Positions 10,108 to 20,394 of a stretch of DNA of 64,000 nucleotides are shown piece after piece; positions within the stretch are counted from its first letter, which is position 1, and the number at the start of each line of letters is the position of its first letter. The DNA comes from Deltaproteobacteria bacterium. Its GTDB lineage: Bacteria > Myxococcota_A > Polyangia > Fen-1088. Location: assembly GCA_033763315.1 (NCBI GenBank), contig JANRKS010000036.1, forward strand, positions 12,912-76,911, read 5' to 3'. The position numbers and the translations under genes are program-made. The notes beneath the pieces are model-generated. The model was not told the DNA's origin, did not search any database, and was given only the letters and a program-made list of their open reading frames with translations.

Positions 10108-11012
10108 AGCCCGCGGTGTGCGTGATGTTGTGCCGATGGGTCGGAATCGCTGGCGTGCTATTCCACGGTGGCTGCAACGACCACACGGGCACTCTGGGCG
10201 CATACTTCGGTGACGCGTCCGCCGATCTTCGTATAGAGGGGCCGAGGTGCGGCGATCTCACGTTGCCATCACAGTTGCCGCTGCCTGCAGATATTGGCTT
10301 TGCAGACTTACCCGCCACTTTGCCTCTGGGCGTGGTGAACGTCGCCATGGATTTCGCCGATAATCTTGGCGCCATTCCCGCGGGTTGGAGTCTCGGGGCA
10401 GGCAGCTACTCGGCAAGCCTTTCCGAGTTCGGTGCTCCTGGCGTCTCCGTCGAAAGCGATGCCATCAACCTGATCGTCAAACCGAAAGACGCTCCCACTG
10501 AGGGCAGCACCGATCGACTCTATTGGGGCGGCGAACTTTCGAGTTCACCCAAGTTCGGCACCGGCGTGTTCGTGGCGAAGGTAAGAAACGATGGTTGGCA
10601 AGCCGTGCAGTCGTCATTCTTCTTCGCGAACGATTACATCGATGCCTTGGGCAACAACCTGGGATGGAGTGGCGCAATCCTCGAATTCACGCACGATGGC
10701 CAACGGCAACGGCTGTCGGCCATCATTCACGAGTCGTCAACAGGGCGCCACGACGCACAGACGGTGCAGCTCGACGTATCGCCGACTCGCTTCACGACGT
10801 TGGCGTTGGTGGCGCTTCCCAGCGGGCAGGTGGGCTTTTATGTGGATGGCCAACGCCTATGGGAAATTAAAGGCGCACAGCTGCCGCCGATGCTTTCGTT
10901 CCGCTTCACACATTGGATCAACGGTCCGGCTGCGAACTTCAAGCCTAGCCCCACGCCGGTTGTCTTTAGCCTGGACGTTGTGGCCCACTACAAACTGACG
11001 TGCGCCTATTGA
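10104..11012 (+). CDS. GH16-like lipoprotein lacking two of the three catalytic acidic residues
   Basis: YWGGELSS..KFGTGVF..VQSSFF and VGFYVDG match GH16 lichenases; WDEIDIEF motif reads WSGAILEF. Confidence 0.7.
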   Translation: MKPAVCVMLCRWVGIAGVLFHGGCNDHTGTLGAYFGDASADLRIEGPRCGDLTLPSQLPLPADIGFADLPATLPLGVVNVAMDFADNLGAIPAGWSLGAGSYSASLSEFGAPGVSVESDAINLIVKPKDAPTEGSTDRLYWGGELSSSPKFGTGVFVAKVRNDGWQAVQSSFFFANDYIDALGNNLGWSGAILEFTHDGQRQRLSAIIHESSTGRHDAQTVQLDVSPTRFTTLALVALPSGQVGFYVDGQRLWEIKGAQLPPMLSFRFTHWINGPAANFKPSPTPVVFSLDVVAHYKLTCAY

Positions 11013-11200
11013 ATGATGGGACAAGGGCATTTGCCGCCCACCATTCGCTTCAACTTTGGCATCGATGCGGGCGTCGCTCACGAACACGTCGGCATGCCTT
11101 GTACGTTCCCTGCAGCGCGTTGGAGGCGACCACGGCTGCCTGCACCGAACGCGCGTCCCTCCCCAAAAGTGCGACGGCGTCCTGTTTTGTCTTGGTGTAT

Positions 11201-11221
11201 TTAATTTTGTTTGTTAATCAA
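11201..11221. promoter_or_regulatory. AT-rich near-palindrome TTAATT-N9-AATCAA, possible sugar-repressor operator
   Basis: AT-rich patch in a GC-rich context, directly before the GH97 start. Confidence 0.4.
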
Positions 11222-11226
11222 TTAGG

Positions 11227-13185
11227 ATGTCGATTCGGTCGTCGGCCTGTTCCGGTTTGTTTTGTGCCGTGTGGTCCGTGTCTGCGGTGCAGGCGGCCAC
11301 GGTCAGGGTTGCTTCGCCATCAGGAGCGGCTGTCATTGAGGTGCAAACATCCCCGCGCCTCACTTACACGGTGAAGTTTCAGAACCAAGTCATCATCCGG
11401 CCGTCGCCACTAGCGTGGTCGCTGGAAGGCGTGGGCGAAGTGGGGGCCGGCCTGAGCGTCAAGGCGCAAAAACAAACGCGCATCAACGAGGTGTGGGACG
11501 CGATCGCTGGCAAGCGCAGCCACGTTGAAAATAGAGCCAACGAAGTGAAGCTCACCCTCGCCGACAAAGCGGCACACACGTTCGAGCTTCATTTGCGCGC
11601 TTATGACGATGGCGTGGCGTTTCGGTATGGCGTGCCATCGCAACCAGGCCTTGAAACCTTCCGCCTTCAACACGAAGCCACGCAAATCGCCTTCCCCGCT
11701 GCGAGCCACGCGTGGGCCGCAAATTATGAAACCTTCACCTCTCCCCAAGAGCATGAGTTTCGCCACACCCGCACGAACGAAGTGCCACGCGAGGCCCTGT
11801 TCGGGCTGCCGTTCTTGGTGCAAGCCCACGCCAAAGCCTGGGTGGCCGTGACCGAATCAGACTTGCTTGACTGGGCCGGCTTTTACCTGCGACCGACAGA
11901 CCGAGACGATACCTTCGTCACCGCGCTGTCGCCGCTGCCCTCGTCGCCATCGATTGCTGTGCAAGGCAAGCAGCAACGGTTGTCGCCCTGGCGTGTGTTC
12001 TTGCTGGGGGAAACGCCCGGTGCGCTGGTGCAAAGCGATGTGGTGCGCAACCTCGCCACGCCCAATCAGCTGGCCGATACCTCCTGGATCCACCCGGGGC
12101 GCGCGGCGTGGGATCGTTGGTGGCCCGGCGACTACAACCCCGGGGCCAAGAACAAGCAAGGCATGAACACCGCCACGATGAAAGACTTCGTGGATTTGGC
12201 GCACGAGATGGGCTGGGAATACCAAATCGTTGATTGGACCTGGTACGGCAAGCCAGAGAATCCGAACGCCAGTCTCACCAACATCACACGCGATCTGGAT
12301 CTGCCCAGCCTCGTCAGCTACGCACGTGAACGCAACGTCGGCATTTGGATGTGGGCGCGCTGGAACCACATGAACAAGCAAATGGAAGAAGCCTTGCCCT
12401 TGTTTCACAAATGGGGCGTGGTGGGCATCAAGGTCGACTTCATGGACCGAGACGATCAAGAAATGGTGAATTTCTATGAGCGGCTCGTGAAACTTGCGGC
12501 GCAAAACCATCTGATGGTGGATCTGCACGGCGCCTTTAAGCCCACGGGCCTTGAACGCACTTATCCCAACTTGCTCACGCGCGAGGGCGTGATGGGGAAC
12601 GAGTACAACAAGTGGTCCACGCGCATCACGCCGGCCCACAAAGTGACACTCGCTTTCACGCGTATGCTGGCCGGCCCCATGGATTTCACGCCGGGCGGCT
12701 TCCGCAACGTGGCCCCCGGAAGTTTCGCTATGAAGGACACCGCGCCGCAAGTGCAGGGCACGCGCGCGTCCGAGTTGGCGCTGCCAGTGATCTACGAAAG
12801 CGGCTTGCAGGTGTTCTGTGATGCCCCCGGTGAATACCGCGCGGCGAAAGGCCAAGGGCTCGAGTTCTACAAGCAGGTTCCTGCAGCGTGGGACGAAACA
12901 CGCGTTTTGGCAGGCGCCCCCGATGAATACATCGCTGTGGCACGCCGCAAGGGGAACCGTTGGTTCTTGGGCGCCATCACCACCACTGAACGCCGCCTGG
13001 AATTGCCGCTGCAGTTTTTGGGTAAGGGCAGCTTCAAGGTCAACACATGGTTCGACGCCCCCGACAGCGCCGCAAAGCCAACCCACGTGATTGAAGGCCA
13101 AGCCAACGTCGCCGCGCAAGGCACATTTGTTTTCACGATGGCGCCCGGGGGCGGCGCCGCGGCGATTTTCACGGCGGCGCCATAG
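11227..13185 (+). CDS. Secreted GH97 glycoside hydrolase (retaining type, probably alpha-galactosidase)
   Basis: RAYDDGVAFRY, SPWR, GIKVDFMDRDDQ, HGAFKPTG, TREGVMGNE, TRMLAGPMDFTPG; Asp of KVDF indicates the retaining subgroup. Confidence 0.92.
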   Translation: MSIRSSACSGLFCAVWSVSAVQAATVRVASPSGAAVIEVQTSPRLTYTVKFQNQVIIRPSPLAWSLEGVGEVGAGLSVKAQKQTRINEVWDAIAGKRSHVENRANEVKLTLADKAAHTFELHLRAYDDGVAFRYGVPSQPGLETFRLQHEATQIAFPAASHAWAANYETFTSPQEHEFRHTRTNEVPREALFGLPFLVQAHAKAWVAVTESDLLDWAGFYLRPTDRDDTFVTALSPLPSSPSIAVQGKQQRLSPWRVFLLGETPGALVQSDVVRNLATPNQLADTSWIHPGRAAWDRWWPGDYNPGAKNKQGMNTATMKDFVDLAHEMGWEYQIVDWTWYGKPENPNASLTNITRDLDLPSLVSYARERNVGIWMWARWNHMNKQMEEALPLFHKWGVVGIKVDFMDRDDQEMVNFYERLVKLAAQNHLMVDLHGAFKPTGLERTYPNLLTREGVMGNEYNKWSTRITPAHKVTLAFTRMLAGPMDFTPGGFRNVAPGSFAMKDTAPQVQGTRASELALPVIYESGLQVFCDAPGEYRAAKGQGLEFYKQVPAAWDETRVLAGAPDEYIAVARRKGNRWFLGAITTTERRLELPLQFLGKGSFKVNTWFDAPDSAAKPTHVIEGQANVAAQGTFVFTMAPGGGAAAIFTAAP

Positions 13186-13560
13186 CCACTATCGAAAACT
13201 CTTTGACCTGCAAATAGGGCAAGCGGAGCAGATCTCGAAGCGTGTCTTCGTATGCGTAGCAATCGTGGGGGCATCGCGTCCGCCTCGGCGGCTGGGGCCG
13301 TGGTCAGCATAAGTCCCGCCACCACCGCACCGAGGCTCTGGAATGTTTGGGATGGGCCATTGGTTTCAACCTCTCAAGAGTCACACCCACCAGACCGAAG
13401 AAACCCCGTGGATATGCCCCCGCGTGATCTCCATCAAAACAACCGAAGCCTTTCGGTTCACCAACCCCCAGAAGGGCGCCTTGGTTGGGGAGGCCTCGTG
13501 GCGCGGCGCCCACATCACCCTGCCTTGCCCGGCGCTCACGCCCGTGTCATCGTGGGCTCA

Positions 13561-14541
13561 ATGCGTCGAAGTCTCCCTACGTTATGGCCTGCCCTCGCTG
13601 TCGTTCTACTCGCAAGCGCTTGTGAGAGGCCGCAAAAACCCGGTGAGCTGCCGGCGCCAGCAAGCGACGTCGTGGCCCGGTTGGGCAAACGCGTGATCAC
13701 CGTGGACGACGTGCAAGAACAGCTCAACCGACGTGAAGCCTTCATCCGCACCCGCTACCAGGCGCCGGAGAAGAAGAAGGAATTCCTCGACAGCTTGGTG
13801 CGTTTTGAGTTGCTCGCCGAGGAAGCCGAAAAAAAGGGCTACCCGAACGACCCTGACCTTATCCGCATGTACAAGCAGTGGCTGGTGGCGCGGTTGGTTC
13901 AAAAGGATTTCGATCCTCAGTTCGATCCCGCCGCGATCCCTGCAGAAGAGGTGAGCGCTTATTACGAATCTCACAAACAAGAGATGCAGCGCCCAGAGCA
14001 AGCACGCGCCTCCGATGTGACCGTTAAAACGGAGGCCATCGCACAAAAGGTGGCGGAACGGGCGCGCAAGCTCGCGAAAGCCGATGAACACGGCTTCACG
14101 GAACTGGTGCTGGGATACTCGGAAAACGGCGCCGTCCAACGCCGCGGCGGCGATTTGGGAATCCTCTTGCGCTCAGGCGGCAACAGCCAGGTGCCCCAGG
14201 CGGTGATTGACGCCGTCTTTGCCCTGCAAAACCCAGGTGACATCGCGGGCCCCATCAAGGCTGAAGACGGTTACCACGTGGTTCGTCTAACCGGGAAACA
14301 GCCGGCTCAAATACCCTCGCTTGAGGAGATGGAACCTCACATTCGCGAAAAGATAAACAAAGAACGCCGGGATAAGGGCATGACGGCATGGGTGGATAGA
14401 TTGAAAGCCGATGCCAAAATTGAAGTGTTCGAGGACAGGTTGGCGCAAATCAAAGTCGATACCACGTCGCCGCCCAAGTTCCCCGAACGCGCCCCCGTGT
14501 TTAAGATCGCGCCGGAATTGGTACCTGGAGCCCAGCAATGA
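13561..14541 (+). CDS. Parvulin-type peptidyl-prolyl isomerase lipoprotein
   Basis: Lipobox LASAC, rotamase motifs RGGDLG and GPIKAEDGYHVV. Confidence 0.88.
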   Translation: MRRSLPTLWPALAVVLLASACERPQKPGELPAPASDVVARLGKRVITVDDVQEQLNRREAFIRTRYQAPEKKKEFLDSLVRFELLAEEAEKKGYPNDPDLIRMYKQWLVARLVQKDFDPQFDPAAIPAEEVSAYYESHKQEMQRPEQARASDVTVKTEAIAQKVAERARKLAKADEHGFTELVLGYSENGAVQRRGGDLGILLRSGGNSQVPQAVIDAVFALQNPGDIAGPIKAEDGYHVVRLTGKQPAQIPSLEEMEPHIREKINKERRDKGMTAWVDRLKADAKIEVFEDRLAQIKVDTTSPPKFPERAPVFKIAPELVPGAQQ

Positions 14542-15506
14542 AAACCACGAACGTCACTACTTTTGCCGCAGCGGCGGTGCTGTTGTGTGCTCACGTCGCG
14601 CAAGCGCGCGTGGTGGAACGCATCGCGGCTGTGGTGGATGACGAAGTCATTTTGGCCAGCGAAGTGGAAGAGCGCGCGGCACCTGCGATGGCACAGATCG
14701 CAAGCATCACCGATCAAGCGCAACGGGCCGCACGCGCGGAGGCCGTGCGCCGCGAAATTCTTGACCGCTTGATTGATGATCAACTGATCTTCGGCAAAGC
14801 CAAGGAGCTCAAACTCACCGTCAGCAGCGAAGAGGTGGATAAATCCATCGAAGGGATCAAGCGCGATCATAACCTCACCGATGAACAACTGCGCCAGGCG
14901 CTGACCCAGCAGGGCATGAGCATGGCGACTTACCGCCAAGACGTGAAGAAGCAGGTTCTGCGCTACCGTGTTCTGAATATGGCCGTGGGCTCCAAAATCG
15001 CGATTTCTGATCACGATGTGCAGGAGTATTACGAGCGCAACATCCGCAAAGGCGCGGCCTCGGAAGTGCGCGCCAGCCACATTTTCATCGAGATCCCCGA
15101 CGATGCCGATACCGGCACGGCCATCGCCAAGCGCAAACAGGCCGAAGGAATCGTCGCGCGCATCAAGGCAGGCGAAGAGTTCGAGAAGCTGGCACGCGAA
15201 AACTCAGAAGACGCGAACACGCGCGGTGAAGGCGGCGATTTGGGATACTTCGGCCGCGATCTGTTGCCCAAGGCGATCGAAGAGGTGGTGTTTGCCATGA
15301 ACATCGGCGAAGTGCGCGGCCCCGTGCGTGCCGACAAGGGCTTTCACATCATCAAGCTCGTGGACAAGCGGAACAAGGACGTCAAATCGTTTGATGAAAG
15401 CAAGAACGAGATCCGCATGCAGCTACGGCAAAAAGAGTACGAGAAGCAAGCGAAGACTTTCGTCGCTGATTTGCGCCGCAAGGCCATGGTTGATCTGCGG
15501 CTTTGA
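14538..15506 (+). CDS. surA: SurA-family chaperone/PPIase
   Basis: VERIAAVVDDEVILASEV, RASHIFI, FEKLARENSED, GGDLGYF, GFHIIKL. Confidence 0.85.
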   Translation: MKTTNVTTFAAAAVLLCAHVAQARVVERIAAVVDDEVILASEVEERAAPAMAQIASITDQAQRAARAEAVRREILDRLIDDQLIFGKAKELKLTVSSEEVDKSIEGIKRDHNLTDEQLRQALTQQGMSMATYRQDVKKQVLRYRVLNMAVGSKIAISDHDVQEYYERNIRKGAASEVRASHIFIEIPDDADTGTAIAKRKQAEGIVARIKAGEEFEKLARENSEDANTRGEGGDLGYFGRDLLPKAIEEVVFAMNIGEVRGPVRADKGFHIIKLVDKRNKDVKSFDESKNEIRMQLRQKEYEKQAKTFVADLRRKAMVDLRL

Positions 15507-15507
15507 T

Positions 15508-16848
15508 TCACGCAACCGCTGCCAAAAGGCGGCGGCGCGCCTCTTCCAACGTCGAACGTTCGCGCAAACCCTGGCGCAAGAACTGGTAAATGCGATCGAT
15601 CTTCGCGAGAGCCTCATCCACGCGTGGATCGGCGCCGCGCTTGTAAGCGCCCACAGCGACGAGATCGCGCTTGTCTTCATAAACCGCCAGCAGCTCGCGT
15701 AAGCGCACGGCGGCTTTTTGATGCTCTTCATCGGTGACCGCCGACATCACGCGCGACAGGGATGGCAGCACATCAATGGCGGGAAAGTGCCCCCGCTCGG
15801 CCAGCGCCCGCGACAACACGATGTGACCGTCCAAGATGCCACGGGCTTCGTCAGATATGGGTTCATCTAGATCGCCGCCGGCCACAAGCACTGAATAGAT
15901 CGCGGTGATCGAGCCCAGATTTGACTGCCCTGCCCGTTCGAGCAAGCGGGGCAGCAGCGCAAACACGCTGGGAGGGTAACCTTGGCGCGAAGGCGGCTCG
16001 CCGGCGGCCAGCCCCACTTCACGCTGCGCGCGCGCAAACCGCGTGAGCGAATCCATGATCAACAACACGCGCTTGCCTTGATCGCGAAACCATTCGGCGA
16101 TCGCCGTTGCCACAAAAGCTGACTTAAGGCGCACCAACGAGGGCGCGTCCGAAGTGGCACACACCACCACGGCTTTGGCGAGGCCTTGCGGCCCCAACGT
16201 ATCGTCCAAAAACTCGCGCACCTCGCGGCCGCGCTCGCCCACCATGGCGATCACGGTGACGTCCGCGTCGGTGTTGCGCGCGATCTGCCCCAGCAGGGTT
16301 GATTTGCCCACGCCCGAGCCCGCAAACAAGCCCAAGCGCTGCCCTTCGCCCACGGTCAAGCCACCGTCGATCGCTCGCACGCCAAACGACAACGGCGCGT
16401 TGATCCGCCGGCGGGTCATGGGATCAGGCGCCGGGCGATCCACGGCCCACGCCACCGTATCGCCCGCAATAGCGCCACCGCCATCGCATGGTTGGCCCAG
16501 GCCATCAAGCACGCGTCCCAGCAGCCCCGCGCCGACCTGCACCGTCAACGGTCGCCCCGTGGGGCTCACCATCGCGTCGGGCCCGATGCCAGCGATCGGC
16601 CCCAGCGGCATCAGAACCACTTCTTCGCCCCGAAAACCAACCGCTTCAGCCCGCAGCCGCTGACGGCCTTCATCAATGAACACCAGCTCACCCACGCGCA
16701 CGCCTGGGATCGTGGCGCGCACCACAAGGCCCGTCACTTCCGTCACGCGGCCCGCAAGACGCAGCGGGTTCACTTCGTCCAACGTGGCCAAGGCCGAAGC
16801 CAGATCCACCACGTCGGGCATCGGCGGCAGCTCGTTCTCGTCGCTCAT
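15508..16848 (-). CDS. sctN: Type III secretion ATPase (SctN/FliI family)
   Basis: [59 protein letters not shown]. Confidence 0.9.
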   Translation of the reverse strand: MSDENELPPMPDVVDLASALATLDEVNPLRLAGRVTEVTGLVVRATIPGVRVGELVFIDEGRQRLRAEAVGFRGEEVVLMPLGPIAGIGPDAMVSPTGRPLTVQVGAGLLGRVLDGLGQPCDGGGAIAGDTVAWAVDRPAPDPMTRRRINAPLSFGVRAIDGGLTVGEGQRLGLFAGSGVGKSTLLGQIARNTDADVTVIAMVGERGREVREFLDDTLGPQGLAKAVVVCATSDAPSLVRLKSAFVATAIAEWFRDQGKRVLLIMDSLTRFARAQREVGLAAGEPPSRQGYPPSVFALLPRLLERAGQSNLGSITAIYSVLVAGGDLDEPISDEARGILDGHIVLSRALAERGHFPAIDVLPSLSRVMSAVTDEEHQKAAVRLRELLAVYEDKRDLVAVGAYKRGADPRVDEALAKIDRIYQFLRQGLRERSTLEEARRRLLAAVA

Positions 16849-17453
16849 ATACGTCGTCCTGTGAGCGCGCGTTCAAGCGCGTCGAGTTGTGTGGAAAGGC
16901 GCGCGTCCAATCGTCCCACCGGGCTATCCACGACACAGCCATTGCGCTCGATGCCCGGGTCCGCGGTTAACTTAACTTCAACGCCGTTGGCCACACGTGT
17001 GGCCAAGCGCCCACGATCACGTGCCACAGCTTCCAGATCTTGAGGGTGCAACCGCACCACAACGGTGCCCGCGCGCGCCCGTACCTCAGACAACGCCTTG
17101 GCCACCATGTCCACCACAAAAGAAGGTGCCAAGGTCACCGCTTGCCCAACGATGCGCTCTGCCATGCGCCTGGCCAACGCCACCGCGCTGTCTTGGGCCT
17201 GCGCGCGCACCGCTTCGGCGTCCGCACGCGCCCGCACCATCACCTCAGTGGTGGACGCAAGGCCCTCTTGGCGCCCCACCGCAAAGCCAGCCTCGTAGCC
17301 CGAGCGACGCGCCTCCGCGCGATCGGCCTCGATCTCGGCACGCATCCGCACCACGTCTTCATGCGCGGTCTGACGAATCGAAGCCGCATCGGCATGCGCC
17401 TCCACCTCGGCCACCGCCATCACCCGCCCGTGTGATCGAATGATTCGTCCCAT
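16845..17453 (-). CDS. sctL: Type III secretion stator (SctL/FliH family)
   Basis: GxxxG repeats ([13 protein letters not shown]), [27 protein letters not shown]; overlaps sctN start. Confidence 0.85.
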   Translation of the reverse strand: MGRIIRSHGRVMAVAEVEAHADAASIRQTAHEDVVRMRAEIEADRAEARRSGYEAGFAVGRQEGLASTTEVMVRARADAEAVRAQAQDSAVALARRMAERIVGQAVTLAPSFVVDMVAKALSEVRARAGTVVVRLHPQDLEAVARDRGRLATRVANGVEVKLTADPGIERNGCVVDSPVGRLDARLSTQLDALERALTGRRI

Positions 17454-17493
17454 CGCTAAGCCGCCTTCACAATGACGAAAAACCCAACGCATG

Positions 17494-18378
17494 TCACGCG
17501 GGCCCGCCTTCCAGCAGAAACCGCCCCACCACGGCCGGCAGACGCAAGGCGATCGTGCGCACGGCCGCCGGCCCCGCGGCGCTTAATTCAGGACGTGCGG
17601 CCGACAAGCCCACAAAAGCCAAACGCACCTCGGCCCCCGGGCGACCGGCGTCTTCTAGGGGCACGTCGTCGCGGCCGGCCATCGCTCCGGCCCGCGCCAC
17701 CGCCAACCGCGCTCGATCCCGCGCGGGCGGTTCCACGCTTTCGGCGGCAAAGCGCGCAATCACCTGTGCCCACGGGGCGCCCACGGTTGCCATCGCGCGC
17801 GCGCGCATCACAGGTTCCGCCCGGTGCAGCGATCGGCCCACCTCAGCGGCCCCTCGCTCACACAAAGCCCGCCACAAGACGGAGCCCGGCAGCCGATGCC
17901 ACAGCACCGCGCGCGTGCCCACCCCGGTGTCGTCGAAGGGGCGATCGGGGGGAAACGCGTGCTGCGCGGGTTCGGGATCCGACAGGCGGCCGAACAACAA
18001 CCACAAAAGATCGTTAACCACGGCCGCAGGCATCATTGCGGGCCGCGCTGTGCGCCAGGGGCCCTCGCCGCAGTTAACGCCGCTGGCCTCCAAGCGGGTG
18101 ACCAAAGCCGCGGCCACCTCAGGGCGCTCGCGGCCCAGCACGTAGCGAAGCCACGATGGGTGCAAGCTGCCGAGCCCTCCGGGCACCGAACTGGAAAACG
18201 CTGAAACGCCGCTGTTTTCTGCGAAAGCCCGCCCCGGGGCTGCACCCGCGGAGGCGACCTGACGCAACCCGCCATCGCGCCACGTTGCCGGGATCGCGCC
18301 CCCCAAACGCGCGAAAACCACGCGGGCACCGTTGACCACGAGGCCCACGTGCGGCGCGTTTCCATCGGGCGACGTCAT
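17494..18378 (-). CDS. Hypothetical protein in the sctK position (SctK-like)
   Basis: Ala/Arg-rich ORF with LHPSWL directly upstream of sctL; assignment is mainly positional. Confidence 0.5.
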   Translation of the reverse strand: MTSPDGNAPHVGLVVNGARVVFARLGGAIPATWRDGGLRQVASAGAAPGRAFAENSGVSAFSSSVPGGLGSLHPSWLRYVLGRERPEVAAALVTRLEASGVNCGEGPWRTARPAMMPAAVVNDLLWLLFGRLSDPEPAQHAFPPDRPFDDTGVGTRAVLWHRLPGSVLWRALCERGAAEVGRSLHRAEPVMRARAMATVGAPWAQVIARFAAESVEPPARDRARLAVARAGAMAGRDDVPLEDAGRPGAEVRLAFVGLSAARPELSAAGPAAVRTIALRLPAVVGRFLLEGGPA

Positions 18379-18496
18379 GCCCGCAAAGTATCGCGACGCG
18401 TGCCAAAGCGAAAGCCGCCGACACACACTTCTTGCACGCGCAGATCACGCCTTTATGGGCGCAATCCAATTCGATGTGGTATCACAGCGCGCCCCA

Positions 18497-20368
18497 ATGT
18501 CCGAAAACAGCACACTAGCTCCTTCAGCCACCGTCGACGCCGTCCGCTCGGACGTGCGCAACATCGCCATCATTGCGCACGTTGACCACGGCAAAACAAC
18601 TTTGGTCGATGGCTTCCTCCACCAAGCCGGCAGCTTCCGCTCTGGCGAAGTGGTGGCCGACTGTGCGCTTGACTCGAACGATCTTGAACGCGAACGCGGC
18701 ATCACGATCCTTGCGAAGTTCACTGCCATCACTTGGAAGGGAACGCGCATCAACATCGTCGATACGCCGGGCCACGCCGACTTCGGTGGCGAAGTGGAAC
18801 GCGTCTTGAAGATGGTCGATTGCGTTTTGCTGTTGGTCGATGCGTTTGATGGCCCCATGCCGCAAACCCGCTTCGTCACACGCAAGGCCTTGTCACTTGG
18901 CCTCAAGCCCATCTTGGTGGTGAACAAGATCGATCGTGACGGCGCGCGCCCGGACGCAGCCGTGGATGCCACGTTCGATTTGTTCGTGAACCTCAAGGCC
19001 ACGGACGCGCAGCTCGACTTTCCCGTTGTGTACGCGTCTGGCCGCCAAGGTTATGCCGTTCACAAACTGACCGACGAGCGCAAGGATCTAGGCCCCTTGC
19101 TTGATCTCATTGTTGAACAAGTGCCGCCCCCACGCGCTGATGTGGACGCACCGTTTTGCATGCAGGTCACCACCCTCGATTACGACGACTTCTTGGGGTA
19201 CGTCGGCATCGGCCGCATCCTTTCGGGCCGCGTGAAGACCGGCGATCGCATGATCTGTGCGCACCGCAATGGCAGCAAGGAAGACTTCCGCGTGGCCAAG
19301 GTCCTTGGCTACCAAGCGCTCAAGCGCTTCGAGTTAGCGGAAGGCGCCGCCGGCGAAATCTGTGCGATCACGGGCATGGCCGATCTAACGGTGGGTGACA
19401 CCATCACGGATCCAAACAACCCGCGCATCTTGCCGCTGCTCGAGATCGAGGAGCCCACCGTGAAGATGCAATTCATGGTGAACAACGGCCCCTTGGCTGG
19501 CACCGAAGGCAAGTTCGTCACCTCCCGCAACCTGCGCGAGCGATTGTTCAAAGAGCTGAAGTCGAACGTCGGCTTGCGCGTCGAGCCCACCGAGTTCCCT
19601 GACATCTTCGACGTCATGGGACGCGGTGAATTGCACTTGTCGGTTTTGATCGAGACCATGCGCCGCGAAGGCTTCGAATTCATGGTGTCGCAGCCTCAGG
19701 TCATCATCAAAGAGGTTGATGGCAAGAAGATGGAACCCTACGAGGACGTGCTGATCGACCTCGAGGAATCCTATGCCGGCGCCGTCATCGAAGAGATGGG
19801 CCGTCGCGGTGGCCGCATGAAGGAAATGAACCCCACAGGCGATGGCCGCACGCGCATGGAATACACCATTCCCGCACGTGGCCTTATCGGCTTCCGGTCA
19901 CAGTTCCTCACGCTCACACGCGGAACCGGCATCTTGAATGCCAGCTTCAGCCACTACGGTGATTTCGCCGGTGTGTTGAAGTCGCGCCCCAACGGCGTGT
20001 TGATCGCGCAGGATCCAGGCGAAACAAACGCATACGCGTTGTTCAGCTTGCAAGAGCGCGGTCAGCTGTTCTACGGCCAAGGCACCAAGGTTTACGGTGG
20101 CATGATCGTGGGCTTGCACAGCCGCAACAACGACTTGGTGGTGAACCCCTCCAAGGCGAAGCAGCTCAACAACATCCGCACCACGGCAGCCGACGAGAAG
20201 CTGATCTTGGCGCCACCTCGCCGCTTCTCTTTGGAAGAAGCGCTTGAGTTCATCAACGAAGATGAACTCGTGGAGATGACGCCAAAATCGATCCGCATTC
20301 GTAAGCGCGTTCTCGATCACAACGAGCGCAAGCGCGTTGAGAAGTCACGCGGCGTCGAATCTTCGTAG
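18497..20368 (+). CDS. typA: Translational GTPase TypA/BipA
   Basis: [57 protein letters not shown]. Confidence 0.97.
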   Translation: MSENSTLAPSATVDAVRSDVRNIAIIAHVDHGKTTLVDGFLHQAGSFRSGEVVADCALDSNDLERERGITILAKFTAITWKGTRINIVDTPGHADFGGEVERVLKMVDCVLLLVDAFDGPMPQTRFVTRKALSLGLKPILVVNKIDRDGARPDAAVDATFDLFVNLKATDAQLDFPVVYASGRQGYAVHKLTDERKDLGPLLDLIVEQVPPPRADVDAPFCMQVTTLDYDDFLGYVGIGRILSGRVKTGDRMICAHRNGSKEDFRVAKVLGYQALKRFELAEGAAGEICAITGMADLTVGDTITDPNNPRILPLLEIEEPTVKMQFMVNNGPLAGTEGKFVTSRNLRERLFKELKSNVGLRVEPTEFPDIFDVMGRGELHLSVLIETMRREGFEFMVSQPQVIIKEVDGKKMEPYEDVLIDLEESYAGAVIEEMGRRGGRMKEMNPTGDGRTRMEYTIPARGLIGFRSQFLTLTRGTGILNASFSHYGDFAGVLKSRPNGVLIAQDPGETNAYALFSLQERGQLFYGQGTKVYGGMIVGLHSRNNDLVVNPSKAKQLNNIRTTAADEKLILAPPRRFSLEEALEFINEDELVEMTPKSIRIRKRVLDHNERKRVEKSRGVESS

Positions 20369-20394
20369 GCCCTGTTCGCTTTTTCAGGTTTGCT

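Noticed and set aside
11857-13119. 420-aa antisense ORF
   Set aside because: Shadow of the GH97 gene, expected from GC-rich codon bias; no recognisable motifs
13252-13560. N-terminal extension of the PPIase ORF (also long extensions of typA, RND permease, ATPase, EGF and cytochrome ORFs)
   Set aside because: Signal peptides, RBS or family-typical N-termini begin at later starts
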